Positions 38,780 to 48,857 of a DNA stretch of 64,000 bases are shown one piece after another. The position numbers were made by a program, and so were the translations under genes. Within the stretch, counting starts at the first letter, position 1. Each line of letters opens with the position of its first letter. The notes beneath the pieces were generated by a model. That model did no database searches, was not told the origin of the DNA, and saw only the letters and a program-made list of their open reading frames with translations. This DNA comes from Spirochaetia bacterium (GTDB lineage: Bacteria > Spirochaetota > Spirochaetia > DSM-2461): positions 64,001 to 128,000 of the forward strand of contig OY764216.1 in the NCBI GenBank assembly GCA_963668315.1, given 5' to 3'.

Positions 38780-39982
38780 TCAGGTTTGGGTTTCTATTCT
38801 CCGCCGGGAAAGGGAACTTCCCCAGAGGAACAGGCACAGGACCGCCACGGCAAGGGCCATGATGCCGTATGCCAGAGATCGGCGGCCCCAGGGCAAAGCG
38901 ATAAGCTGCATCCCCGCGCTTCCCAGTATGGTATAGGTGAAATTGATTAATGCGGAAACGGCTCCCGATTCGGAGCCCCCGACATTCATGAGAATATCCA
39001 TGCTCAAAGGTCTCTGCAGGGCGGCGGCCATGGTTCCCGGAATGACAGCGAGGCAGAAGAAGAGCGGTCCCGTCCGGCTGAAAAGAATAAGGACTATCCC
39101 GCTGAAGGCCAGCAGAATAAAGGTGGACGTGATAAGGACGGACGGGGAGATTTTTCTGGACAGTCTGATATAGAGGGCGGCTCCCAGAACGGCACACAGG
39201 GCATTCGTCCCGAAGAAGAAGCTGAATACGGAAGGAGTGACATGATACTCCCTTATGTAGATGAGCGATGAGCCCCCCACAAAGCCCAGGGAATAGAAAG
39301 CGGGCAGGGAAAACAGGATGAGCAGCCCCATAAAGGAGGGCCGGACCGACACGCGGAAGATCCCGCCGATAGCAGAGAGAACCGATAAATCATTCCGTAA
39401 ATTCCGATTGGTCTCGGGCAGGCGCAAACAGCCCAGCAGGGAAAATCCCCCGAGGGCAGTCAGAACGATGAAGACAAGTCTCCAGTGGAAGTGCCCGATG
39501 ATCAGAGCTCCCAGGAGGGGGGCGCAGACCGGTGCCAGCATCATGAGGGCGGTAAGAACACTGAGGATTTTTTTCTTCCTGTCACCCTCGTAGACATCCT
39601 GAACAATGGCCAGGGAGACCGTAACGGGAGCCCCGGAACCGACGGCCTGAAAAATCCGGGCCGCGATTAGCGTTTCCACCCGGGCGGCAAACAGACAGAC
39701 CAGACTGGCCGATGTAAATATAACAATTCCCGTGACAGCCGATCTTTTCCGGCCGTATTTATCGGAGACAGGTCCCCAGAAAAGAGTGGAAAGGGCGAAG
39801 AAGATAAAGAAAAGAACAATGGTCAGGTTCATAGTCGTATCGTTCGTCTGAAGCTCTTCGGCGATTCCCGTCAATGCCGGAAGGTACATATCCGTAGCAA
39901 GGGGCGGATAGATCCCCATTAGGATAAGCAGCAGGGGAAGAAAGACCCCCCGTCTCATTTTCTCGAAATCCCCATCAGTCAT
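38780..39982 (-). CDS. Bcr/CflA family MFS efflux transporter
   Basis: DMYLPA, GPVSDKYGRK, R.FQA.G, AP..AP.LG. Confidence 0.9.
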   Translation of the reverse strand: MTDGDFEKMRRGVFLPLLLILMGIYPPLATDMYLPALTGIAEELQTNDTTMNLTIVLFFIFFALSTLFWGPVSDKYGRKRSAVTGIVIFTSASLVCLFAARVETLIAARIFQAVGSGAPVTVSLAIVQDVYEGDRKKKILSVLTALMMLAPVCAPLLGALIIGHFHWRLVFIVLTALGGFSLLGCLRLPETNRNLRNDLSVLSAIGGIFRVSVRPSFMGLLILFSLPAFYSLGFVGGSSLIYIREYHVTPSVFSFFFGTNALCAVLGAALYIRLSRKISPSVLITSTFILLAFSGIVLILFSRTGPLFFCLAVIPGTMAAALQRPLSMDILMNVGGSESGAVSALINFTYTILGSAGMQLIALPWGRRSLAYGIMALAVAVLCLFLWGSSLSRRRIETQT

Positions 39983-40125
39983 AATCGTCCTACCCCTTTA
40001 ATGAATATTTTCATTCTCCCCACCCTGTTTCTTTTGTCAATATACCCCCTGCCCCCTACCGGTTGCCAAGAGGCCCGGGAAAGGGTATTTTCTGATATAG
40101 ATCAGAATAGGCAAGCGTGGTGCAT

Positions 40126-40758
40126 ATGGATATTTTTCTACAGATCTGGGGAGGAGGCTGTTACCTCATCAACAAAATCTGCTTCTCCCTGGGAGAGGGC
40201 CGACAGGGGAAAGGTTCACGCCGTCTCCTAACGGCGGGATGGCTTTTCTACCTTTCCGGAGTCCCCGCCTGGGTTATCATACTTATGGAAAAACACGACT
40301 GGATCGCCGCCTCCATCGAAGCGGGTGGCATCCCATCCATGATACTCGGGCTTGCCAATACCCTCCGCTCGGGACAGGAGGTGAACCGGCGATTCCAAAG
40401 AGCCACGACCCTTATCACCTATGCCTTTATCATAATCGGTCTGAGTTCCAGCTTTGCCGACTACGGCGGACTGGTCTCCTTTCATCAGCTCCTGGAAGTC
40501 TTTGTCACCATCGGGTTCCTCATGGGCAGCCTTCTCATGGCGGCGCAGAAAAAATCGGGCTGGCTCTTCTTCCTTATTATGAACATTTCCATGGGCATAC
40601 TCATGCTTCAGCAGGGCAAACCTTTTCTGGCCGTTCAGCAGCTCATCTCCCTCGGGTTCGTCCTTTACGGATTTCTCCAGTCAGTCGGAGGTCTTCCGCA
40701 TCCTCACAAGGGTCAGTCCGAAAAATCCGGCTACGGCCAGACTGATCAAGGCGCTTGA
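40126..40758 (+). CDS. Hypothetical multi-TM membrane protein
   Basis: About 7 hydrophobic segments with an internal GW.F repeat; 3' end overlaps the convergent MFS gene by 78 nt. Confidence 0.7.
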   Translation: MDIFLQIWGGGCYLINKICFSLGEGRQGKGSRRLLTAGWLFYLSGVPAWVIILMEKHDWIAASIEAGGIPSMILGLANTLRSGQEVNRRFQRATTLITYAFIIIGLSSSFADYGGLVSFHQLLEVFVTIGFLMGSLLMAAQKKSGWLFFLIMNISMGILMLQQGKPFLAVQQLISLGFVLYGFLQSVGGLPHPHKGQSEKSGYGQTDQGA

Positions 40759-41826
40759 CCGGAACATAAAAAGGACGCCGCAGTTCTCGATAAGCGCGCC
40801 GCCCGTCATATTTCCGATAATGCCGCTCAATCCCGAGTAGGTAGCCGTTCCCAGAAGAAAGGCCGTCGCCTTGCAGGAGGGGTCGGCCATGGAATCCACG
40901 TAAACAAGGCTGGATATGACAAACAGACTGTAGGCGGCGCCCTGGAAAACCTGGGAAATAAGAACCGTCGCCGGGGCGGGAAAAAGGGAGCATAGAATAA
41001 GACGGACAGAGAACAGGCTGAATGCCGTCAGGATGACCAGAGGAGGGGGTATCCTTTTGACTATCCGGTTACCCAGGTAAAAAAAGGGGACCTCAGACAG
41101 GGCGCTTATGGCCATGGCCAGTCCGTATATCCCCGCGTTTCCCCGGACAAACTCGATGTATTTGGGCAGAAAACCGAGGGTGGGCATAATCGTCATGAAA
41201 ACCAGGGCGGCCGAGATGATAAAGATGAAATATTTCCCGTTTGTCACCAGCTGTCCCACATGATAAAAAAAGGAAGCGGTTCCCTCCTTATGCTCGGGAA
41301 CGACATCGGGGACCCGGAGCATAAGGGTCATGGTTATCAGGCTCAAGACAGAGAAGAGCCGGAAGGGCAGATTGATATTCCCCTCACTCACAAGTTTTCC
41401 CAGAATAGCCACCATGACGGCGAAGCTGATGGAGCCCCAGAGCCTGGTCGCGCCGAAGGTGATATCCGTTCTGTCCTTGAGAGACCGGGACATCCAGTTA
41501 TCCATCAGGTTCATCAGGGGACCGATAAAAAAGGTTATGACCGGAAACATGACGGACAGAATCCAGGTCTTTTCTATAAAGGTCACAAGAAAAATCAGGA
41601 TAAGTGAGATTCCCAGGCAGAACATGAAGACCTTTCTGACGGAACCGACCCTGTCGCTGATGACTCCCCAGAAGGGCTGGGAAAAAACCATAATCGCCGA
41701 ATTGGTCGCGAGGATAATGCCTATATGAATAACATCCACATCCCGGTTCATCAGGTAGAGCGTCACATAGGGCTGATAACAGGCATGGTGAGCGTAGAAA
41801 AGCAGCTGTATGAGCGAGTAAATCAT
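40681..41826 (-). CDS. MFS transporter (PPP/HcaT-like)
   Basis: QPFWG..SDR, FG..RLWGS, SEVPFF. Confidence 0.88.
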   Translation of the reverse strand: MIYSLIQLLFYAHHACYQPYVTLYLMNRDVDVIHIGIILATNSAIMVFSQPFWGVISDRVGSVRKVFMFCLGISLILIFLVTFIEKTWILSVMFPVITFFIGPLMNLMDNWMSRSLKDRTDITFGATRLWGSISFAVMVAILGKLVSEGNINLPFRLFSVLSLITMTLMLRVPDVVPEHKEGTASFFYHVGQLVTNGKYFIFIISAALVFMTIMPTLGFLPKYIEFVRGNAGIYGLAMAISALSEVPFFYLGNRIVKRIPPPLVILTAFSLFSVRLILCSLFPAPATVLISQVFQGAAYSLFVISSLVYVDSMADPSCKATAFLLGTATYSGLSGIIGNMTGGALIENCGVLFMFRSSALISLAVAGFFGLTLVRMRKTSD

Positions 41827-41886
41827 AATACCTTCCTATTCACCGGCGGGGAGCTCTACAGGGAACTTGCGGAGTAAACCGCCGGA

Positions 41887-42507
41887 TCAGTCTATGAAAT
41901 TTGTAAAAATCCGTTTTTCGTAATCCGGCGCGGGTATGTCCGCCTTCTTTCCTTCTGACAACGAGCGGAGCATCCAGGCCATGTTTTCCCCCAGGACACG
42001 CATGGTCTGGAGCCCTTCCAGATCGCGCTGAACCTCGTCGGGGGTGAAGCCGTGAACCTGATTCCAGTACATGGAAGGAACGACGGGCATCCCGCTTATG
42101 GTAAAATACTTATTGAGCTGATCAAATGTCGAAATAGCCCCGCCCCGGCGGCAGGAGACAACGGCGGCACCGGGCTTGCCCCTCATCAGACGGCTGGCGG
42201 AAAAAAAGAGTCGGTTTAAAAATGCCGTGATCTGTCCGCTGGCGGCGGCATAATAGACGGGAGAGCCGAGAAGAAGCCCGTCAAATTCATGGATCCGGGC
42301 GGCCGTTTCATTGACCAGATCATTAAAAACGCACTTCCTGTGGTCGCGGCAGTAACCGCAATCGGTGCATCCGGCAATCGGCTTCTTACCCAGGTATAAA
42401 ATCTCCGAATCAATATCATGCTTTTCCAGCGTAAGGGCCACCTCTTTCAGGGCGGTATAGGTACAGCCCTTATCATGGGGGCTGCCATTGATCATCAGTA
42501 CTTTCAT
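41887..42507 (-). CDS. Flavodoxin family iron-sulfur flavoprotein
   Basis: INGSP, C..C..C.....C, GSPVYY, RRGG, YWN.VHG. Confidence 0.92.
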   Translation of the reverse strand: MKVLMINGSPHDKGCTYTALKEVALTLEKHDIDSEILYLGKKPIAGCTDCGYCRDHRKCVFNDLVNETAARIHEFDGLLLGSPVYYAAASGQITAFLNRLFFSASRLMRGKPGAAVVSCRRGGAISTFDQLNKYFTISGMPVVPSMYWNQVHGFTPDEVQRDLEGLQTMRVLGENMAWMLRSLSEGKKADIPAPDYEKRIFTNFID

Positions 42508-42900
42508 GCATCTCTCCTTCTGTTATAAGTTTTCCCCTGTCAAGAATACAGAATAAAGAAAAGAAATCATAGGGTGAATACTCCCCGGAAAGGGCTTTCT
42601 GAATTATACTGGAGAGATTCATGGAAAACAGCGGCAGATCAGACGGAAGCACTCCTCTCGCTCTGACGGGGATTCATAATATCCGACTGGTCAGCTGGGG
42701 CAGTCTTCAGCCGGGAATGGTCATCCTTCATCTGGTGGTGGACTGTTCGCACAGTATGGAATCGGCGGGAGAACTGGAAACGGCCCTAGAATATTTTTTT
42801 ATTGTTTCTTTGAATAATAACGTGTAAAAAACTCGATATTCATGAATCAAGGCGGTATAATTGTCAGGAAAGACAAAACTGTCTGCAAGGAGAGAAAAAA

Positions 42901-43074
42901 ATGCATATTATTGATCCTGATGAATGTCAGATGTGCGGAGCCTGTGAAAGCGCTTGTCCTGTTGGAGCCATCAGCATTCCCGAAGGCAAAAATTACTTTG
43001 CCATCAGCGAAGACTGTACCGACTGCGGTGCCTGCGAGGATGAATGCGGTTTCAGCGCCATCAGTGCTGAGTAG
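42901..43074 (+). CDS. 2[4Fe-4S] ferredoxin (57 aa; absent from ORF track)
   Basis: MHIIDPDECQMCGACESACPVGAISIPEGKNYFAISEDCTDCGACEDECGFSAISAE*; two CxxCxxCxxxC motifs; SD AGGAG. Confidence 0.95.
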   Translation: MHIIDPDECQMCGACESACPVGAISIPEGKNYFAISEDCTDCGACEDECGFSAISAE

Positions 43075-43120
43075 GTTCCCTTATCCATAGGGCTGCTTTC
43101 ACATTGAGCAGCCAGGGCAG

Positions 43121-43155
43121 AACGGCACCACGATACGGTCGGGTGCCGTTTTTTT
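43121..43155 (+). terminator. Ferredoxin terminator
   Basis: AACGGCACC...GGTGCCGTT plus T tract. Confidence 0.8.
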
Positions 43156-43218
43156 ATAGGAGAATCGGTGATAACGATTCCGACAGAGCCGCAATCGATC
43201 CGGGGAGGGATATACACC

Positions 43219-43731
43219 ATGAAAGATCGGAACATTACCATAGAGGAGTTTTCCGCAAATGAACATTCTGTGGATGAAATAACAGAAATACTGCACCGAG
43301 CCTATTCCAGACTTTTGAAAATGGGTCTGAAATTCTGGGCGACAACGCAATCGCCCGAAGAGACCTTGAAAAGATTCAATGACGGCCGGGGATTTGTCGC
43401 CCTGCGGGAGGGAAAAATCGTAGGCACCATCACCTACTATGACGATTGCAGAAACAACGACTGCGAATGGTATAAATCCCCTTCGGTATCGCGTTTCGGC
43501 CAGTTTGCCGTAGATCCCGACATACAGGCTGCGGGAATCGGTTCTCTCCTGATCGAAACCGTCACGGAACTGGCCAAATCGAATGAAAAAAAGGAACTGG
43601 CCCTGGATACTTCGGAAAAGGCGGAACACCTGATTGAGTATTACGAGAAGAGGGGCTTCCGTTTCATCCAGTACATGCAGTGGCACAGGGTGAATTACAG
43701 AAGCGTTGTGATGAGTAAAAAGATCTCATAG
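43219..43731 (+). CDS. GNAT acetyltransferase
   Basis: ATG after GGAGG; FAVDP..Q..GIG, LDT, YYEKRGF. Confidence 0.9.
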   Translation: MKDRNITIEEFSANEHSVDEITEILHRAYSRLLKMGLKFWATTQSPEETLKRFNDGRGFVALREGKIVGTITYYDDCRNNDCEWYKSPSVSRFGQFAVDPDIQAAGIGSLLIETVTELAKSNEKKELALDTSEKAEHLIEYYEKRGFRFIQYMQWHRVNYRSVVMSKKIS

Positions 43732-43779
43732 GGGCCCGGGAAAGCCGGCGGCATCAGCGAGAGAAAAAGGCAGGCCAAA

Positions 43780-45009
43780 TTGACATACACCAAAAAAGAA
43801 TTATGCAGGGTAAGAACCGTTACAGCCTTCGTAGTCCTCGAACCGGACAGAAAGCAGTGGCGGGAGGAGATTTCCCGTGCTTCGGACTTTCTGAAGGACG
43901 TGTCTGCCGGGATAACCGGCAGCGGCTACGAGGTCCAAAGCCTCAGGATCGTGACGAATCCCTTCGGGGAATATCTGGATACGGCGGATATCGCCACGGC
44001 CCGGAAAGGTCTCTCCGAGTTACAGGCCCTTCTTGCCGATCTCTCTTCCGGTGGGACAAGGGTGCGCTTTTCTATCGGAGAAGCCCGCAATGTTCATGAA
44101 ATATCCCTCCTCCCGGAACTGATCAGGGACTTCGGAGATCTCTGCAATACCTGCGTTAATATAGGAATCGATGAAAGGGGGATCCTGGAAAAAGATCTGA
44201 TTCCCCCTTCGGTGGACGCCATTCTGGCCATAAGCCGTATCACCCCCCGGGGTGAGGGCAATTTCAATTTTACCGTCAACTGTAACTGCGCTCCCCTCAT
44301 TCCCTATTTCCCGGCGGGATACCACAGAAAAGAGCTGGGAAAGAAATATGTCATTGGCCTGGAAACGCCGGATCTCCTGGTTCACGTGCTCCGGGAGGGC
44401 AGCGTGACAGCCCCCGGGGAATCTCTCCACAGCCGGCTGGGACGATATGAACAGGCCTTGGGGGAAGCCCTGCAGTACCATATCTCATCCATCGCGGAAC
44501 TTCTGGATAACCGGGACAGCCGGGGATTCGAGCTTGCCGGTTTCGACAGTTCTGCCGCCCCGTCCAAATCCTGTGCCAGTATGACCGAAGTGTATGAGCT
44601 GATGGGGGTGGATCATTTCGGAGCCGCGGGAACGCTGGAAGCGTCTTCCCTCCTTACAAGGGTTTTCAAATCCGTCAAGGGAGTGGAACTGGCCGGATTC
44701 TCGGGGCTGATGCTCGCTCTGACCGAGGACCGGGGACTGGCCGAAGGGAGTGCAAAGGGATATTTCGATATACGGACTCTGCTTATGAACAGCGCCGTCT
44801 GCGGGATCGGCCTGGATACGGTACCCATCCCCGGGGATACTCCGCCGGAGAAAATATCCGCCATCATCAGAGACACGGGGGCCATGGCCTTCAGACTGAA
44901 CAAACCTCTGACGGTCAGGCTTTTTCCCGTCCCCGGCCTGAAGGCGGGAGATATGACGCGCTTCGAAAGTCCCGATCTGTGCAACTGCTCCGTACTGGAG
45001 ATTCCCTGA
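43780..45009 (+). CDS. DUF711 family protein
   Basis: VRTVT, PYFPA, GFSGLML...ED..LA, SAVCGIGLDTVPIPG, KPL.VRLFP. Confidence 0.85.
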   Translation: MTYTKKELCRVRTVTAFVVLEPDRKQWREEISRASDFLKDVSAGITGSGYEVQSLRIVTNPFGEYLDTADIATARKGLSELQALLADLSSGGTRVRFSIGEARNVHEISLLPELIRDFGDLCNTCVNIGIDERGILEKDLIPPSVDAILAISRITPRGEGNFNFTVNCNCAPLIPYFPAGYHRKELGKKYVIGLETPDLLVHVLREGSVTAPGESLHSRLGRYEQALGEALQYHISSIAELLDNRDSRGFELAGFDSSAAPSKSCASMTEVYELMGVDHFGAAGTLEASSLLTRVFKSVKGVELAGFSGLMLALTEDRGLAEGSAKGYFDIRTLLMNSAVCGIGLDTVPIPGDTPPEKISAIIRDTGAMAFRLNKPLTVRLFPVPGLKAGDMTRFESPDLCNCSVLEIP

Positions 45010-45153
45010 TCCGCCGGTCGGGTATGATCGGTATGCCCCGTCCAGAAAAACAGAGATGAATGGGCGGATTGGGGCAGTCAAACACTTGCCACCCTGATTT
45101 CTGACGTGTAAAATCGGTCCCGCTACCATAATTTTATCTCAGGAGTTTTATAA

Positions 45154-46734
45154 ATGGAAGATCTTTCCTACGGAGCGCTTGCTATCCTGCCTCCGCTTAT
45201 CGCTATATTTTTTGCCATGTGGAAAAAACAGGTCATAATCTCCCTTCTGGCGGGAATCTGGGGCGGCGCCACCATCATCAGCCACTGGAATCCTCTCAAG
45301 GGACTTCTCCAGACTTTTTCCCATTACATTGTAGGCCAGTCACTGGCCGATTCATGGAATATCGGGATCATCGTGTTCCTCCTGGCGGTGGGAGGAATGA
45401 TCGGGCTGATCAGCAAAATGGGCGGGACCCAGGCCATCGCGGACAGAATATCTGCCAAGGCAAAGGATGTCCGTTCCACCCAGCTGGCGGCGGCTCTCAT
45501 GGGAGTGGCCATATTCTTTGATGATTACGCGAACTCCATCATTGTCGGGAATACCATGCGGCCCATCACGGACAAGCAGAGAATATCCCGGGAGAAACTT
45601 TCCTATATAGTCGATTCCTCCGCGGCCCCCGTCTCCTCCATGGCTCCCATTTCCACCTGGATCGCCATGGAACTGGGACTAATCGCCGCCGGTCTCCAGG
45701 CTCTGGACATCCACGGCAACTCCATGCTGGTCTTTTTCCAGACCATACCGTTCCGGTTTTACTCCATCTTCTCCCTTGTCCTTCTCTTTACCCTGATTCT
45801 CAGAAAAAGGGATTACGCCACCATGCTCAAAGCGGAGATCCGGGCCAGGAAAACGGGAGAAGTCTACCGGGCCGGGTCCAACCCCATGATTACGGAAGAT
45901 AAGGATCTCCTGCCGGCCGAAGATATAAAAGTATCGCTTCTCGATGTCATGATCCCGATAGGCCTGTTTATTGTCATCACCTTTCTGGGGCTCTGGTATA
46001 ACGGTTATGAAGAGGGGATGTCCTTCCGGGACGCCATGGGGAATGCCGATGCGTCGGTTGTCCTGACCTGGGCGTCCTTCATCAGCTCCATAGCCGCGGG
46101 AATCCAGGGAATAATCAGGAAAAGATTCGGCCTTTCCGCCGCCGTAGACGCCTGGATAGGCGGTGCCAAAACGATGATGACGGCGGTAATCATCCTGACC
46201 CTCGCCTTTGCCCTGAAAGCCGTCATCTCCGAGATGCAGCTGGCCGAATGGCTGGTTCATGTCATCCCCTTCACGGAAGGGGGACTTGCCGTGATCCTGC
46301 TGCCCACCCTGGTGTTTGTGACGGCCATGTTTGTCGCCTTTTCGACAGGAACATCCTGGGGAACCAACTCCATTCTCATGCCCATAGTCATTCCCGTGGC
46401 AGCCAACGTATCGGCGGCATCGGGAACGGTCACCCCCCTGATACTGGCCTGCATAGGAAGCGTCCTTACCGGTGCGGTGTTCGGAGATCACTGTTCTCCC
46501 ATATCGGACACCACGATCCTGTCCTCTTCGGCTTCGGGTTCCGACCATATCGATCACGTGAAGACCCAGGCCCCTTACGCCCTGACCGCCGCCGGAATCG
46601 CCATACTTCTGGGAACTCTTCCCGCAGGATTCGGGATTCCCAGCTGGATCAGCCTTCTTCTGGGAGCTGTTGTCATCGTCGTACTGGTGGGGGCTGTAGG
46701 GAAAAAAATCGATGCAGAAGGAAATATTGTGTAA
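45154..46734 (+). CDS. NhaC family antiporter/amino acid transporter
   Basis: IFFDDYAN, DS.AAP, TGTSWGT, GDHCSPISDTTILSS; promoter TTGCCA-17-TAAAAT at 45086-45114. Confidence 0.92.
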   Translation: MEDLSYGALAILPPLIAIFFAMWKKQVIISLLAGIWGGATIISHWNPLKGLLQTFSHYIVGQSLADSWNIGIIVFLLAVGGMIGLISKMGGTQAIADRISAKAKDVRSTQLAAALMGVAIFFDDYANSIIVGNTMRPITDKQRISREKLSYIVDSSAAPVSSMAPISTWIAMELGLIAAGLQALDIHGNSMLVFFQTIPFRFYSIFSLVLLFTLILRKRDYATMLKAEIRARKTGEVYRAGSNPMITEDKDLLPAEDIKVSLLDVMIPIGLFIVITFLGLWYNGYEEGMSFRDAMGNADASVVLTWASFISSIAAGIQGIIRKRFGLSAAVDAWIGGAKTMMTAVIILTLAFALKAVISEMQLAEWLVHVIPFTEGGLAVILLPTLVFVTAMFVAFSTGTSWGTNSILMPIVIPVAANVSAASGTVTPLILACIGSVLTGAVFGDHCSPISDTTILSSSASGSDHIDHVKTQAPYALTAAGIAILLGTLPAGFGIPSWISLLLGAVVIVVLVGAVGKKIDAEGNIV

Positions 46735-46767
46735 AGCACGGAAACAATCAGTGCTTCCCCTCTGAAT

Positions 46768-46804
46768 AAGGGCCGGATCGGTCATGCCGAATCCGGCCCT
46801 TTTT
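46768..46804 (+). terminator. Terminator after the NhaC-family gene
   Basis: AAGGGCCGGAT...ATCCGGCCCTT plus T tract. Confidence 0.85.
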
Positions 46805-46902
46805 GGATCAAGGATGGAGAACGTCATTCGGTCATCTCACTCTCATTGATAAAATCCAGCTGGTATCGTTGAGAGAGCAATGACATTATCAGGTTGAATA
46901 TT

Positions 46903-47511
46903 TCACAGTTTCAGCCACAAAGCAGGACGGACACCGCCTCTACACACACCGTCGCTTATATTGCCTTTCAAAATATTATTTCCCTGGATACCAATATTTC
47001 CATCACCATGTATGTAGACAGCTTTTACACTCACCCGGCCTGGAGAACGCAGCCACCACCAGGTCCCCTTCTCGCTTGCCTCAGCGCGGGCTATCCGCAG
47101 AGAGTTGTTTTTATCTTTTCGTTGAAACCAATACCTTTGATTTTTCCCTGGATTCAGTAATAACGAACGGCTGTCACCGAAATATTCGCACACGGCTTCT
47201 TCGACACTTAATAAGAAAATATAATCTTCCGTATCTTCTCCCCCTCTAGAGCCGTACCACGGGTTGTCAGGGTTAGTATTTATTACTTGGGCGATTTTTT
47301 CCTTTTCATCGGCCTTGAATTTCTCATAAAATTCTCCGTTCAGGTACTTTCTCAATGAGCAATCCGCCCAAGTCACGTCCATGTATTCGTCATGGTAAGG
47401 ACGTCGATCTATGACATATTCCGTAATGACCAGAGCCATATTCTCCTTTTTCGCCAATACGTTCCACTCATAGTCGCCAAATGTTACTCTATCACCTATT
47501 TCCATAATCAC
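46903..47511 (-). CDS. DUF6273 family protein
   Basis: W.VL, TW..CSLR.YLN, D.IFLLS.EE, WWWLRSPG, GVRPALW; start may be ATG 47505. Confidence 0.85.
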   Translation of the reverse strand: MIMEIGDRVTFGDYEWNVLAKKENMALVITEYVIDRRPYHDEYMDVTWADCSLRKYLNGEFYEKFKADEKEKIAQVINTNPDNPWYGSRGGEDTEDYIFLLSVEEAVCEYFGDSRSLLLNPGKNQRYWFQRKDKNNSLRIARAEASEKGTWWWLRSPGRVSVKAVYIHGDGNIGIQGNNILKGNISDGVCRGGVRPALWLKL

Positions 47512-47666
47512 CTTCCGGGAAGATTTTATTATAGATTCCCCCTCGGGAAAAGTACCAATCTTAATAATCTCACCATCATGATATTCTTACCGGAATACCC
47601 TGTTATAACAAGCGCTGCGGTCATTGGACTGATATGCCCCATTCAATATCCCGGTCTTTGTGAGCA

Positions 47667-48350
47667 CTATTGAGACTTTCCCCTATTCATGGCACAGTCA
47701 GCTCCCTCCTCATAACTGCTCCTAAGCATTTTCATCCCCAGAGGCAAGTAGCCAATGCACATGAAAACGGCCCCCAGACTGCTTATCAGTTCAATATCGG
47801 GATTGTTCAGAAGCAGCAGGCCTGCTATTGTCATGGTACCGGAAACTTTCCCCACCACTCTTTCCTGCATCAGTCCGGCTATTTGTATGGCGGCGCCCAG
47901 GGGAAGCAGCGGGAGGAGGTAGAACATGACCAACAGGCCCTGCCTATTCATGATAGCCTCAAGGGCAGGAGAAATCCGGTCGAACTCCTGTACGGAAAGC
48001 GATTCGAAGGCCGAAAGGACAATACAGAGGGCCCCCTTGTCTCCGGCAAGAATCACCGCACCTGTTATGCCAATCAGACCTCCTATATTAAGCCACAATC
48101 TCCCCTTCTCTGCCGGGACGAGCATCAGACCAGCCAACGCGAACACAATAAAGGGCACCGACGCAAAGACAACAAGATGTCCCGCATGGAACAGTACCCG
48201 GCCATGAAAGTTGGCGATGTAGCCTTCCATGGAACAGACCATCCGAAGGGAAAGGATATCCGGATGCATCAGAAACCCCGCCAGTAATAATACCGGAAAG
48301 ATAAGCATTGAGATGGCCGATACCCTCGGAAATAAATTTTTGCTGTTCAT
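47667..48350 (-). CDS. Hypothetical membrane protein (MarR target)
   Basis: About 6 TM segments; strong SD AGGAGG; operator copy immediately upstream. Confidence 0.8.
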   Translation of the reverse strand: MNSKNLFPRVSAISMLIFPVLLLAGFLMHPDILSLRMVCSMEGYIANFHGRVLFHAGHLVVFASVPFIVFALAGLMLVPAEKGRLWLNIGGLIGITGAVILAGDKGALCIVLSAFESLSVQEFDRISPALEAIMNRQGLLVMFYLLPLLPLGAAIQIAGLMQERVVGKVSGTMTIAGLLLLNNPDIELISSLGAVFMCIGYLPLGMKMLRSSYEEGADCAMNRGKSQ

Positions 48351-48367
48351 AATTCCTCCTGTTTATT

Positions 48368-48382
48368 GTTAACCTGGTTAAC
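48368..48382. promoter_or_regulatory. MarR operator copy 1
   Basis: Perfect 7-1-7 palindrome GTTAACC-T-GGTTAAC. Confidence 0.75.
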
Positions 48383-48399
48383 TTGTGGTTAAAAAATTA

Positions 48400-48834
48400 T
48401 TAAGAGATAATGTCTCTCATTCTTTTAAAATACGAAAGGATAATCATCTTTTCCTTCCCAGACAGATCCTGCTCCAGCTGCCGCAGCGGTCCAAATGTTT
48501 TCTCTTCAAAATCAGAATGTCCCTCTGCCGCTAATTTCCCTTTTCCTGTAACATAAAAGAGAACTTCCTTCTGATTGCTACCGGAGCGTTTTTTTTCTAA
48601 ATATCCCCGCTTTATCAACTTGGATGTAAACTTTGATACAGCTGCTTTTGAAACGCCCAATTTCTCTGCCAGCTGGGTCAGATTGAGTCCAGGGCAGTCC
48701 GACACGGCCGTGACGGTATGGATTTCCGATGAAAACAGCCCTTCTCCTGTCCCGTAATCCCGGGCGGTTCTTTCCAACTCACTAAGATAACCATGGGAAA
48801 AATAGATTTGATCCAGGATTCGTTCCTCAGCCAT
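48400..48834 (-). CDS. MarR family regulator
   Basis: DYGTG..L..SEIH, LA..LGVSK.AVS....KL...GY, T.KG. Confidence 0.9.
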   Translation of the reverse strand: MAEERILDQIYFSHGYLSELERTARDYGTGEGLFSSEIHTVTAVSDCPGLNLTQLAEKLGVSKAAVSKFTSKLIKRGYLEKKRSGSNQKEVLFYVTGKGKLAAEGHSDFEEKTFGPLRQLEQDLSGKEKMIILSYFKRMRDIIS

Positions 48835-48843
48835 ATCCAATTA

Positions 48844-48857
48844 TTAACCTGGTTAAC
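48844..48857. promoter_or_regulatory. MarR operator copy 2, in the marR promoter spacer
   Basis: TTAACCTGGTTAAC between TTGACA (48864-48869, minus strand) and the -10 region. Confidence 0.75.

Noticed and set aside
45010..45153. Lysine riboswitch before the NhaC-family gene
   Set aside because: A promoter about 40 nt from the start leaves no room; no AGAGG.GC core.
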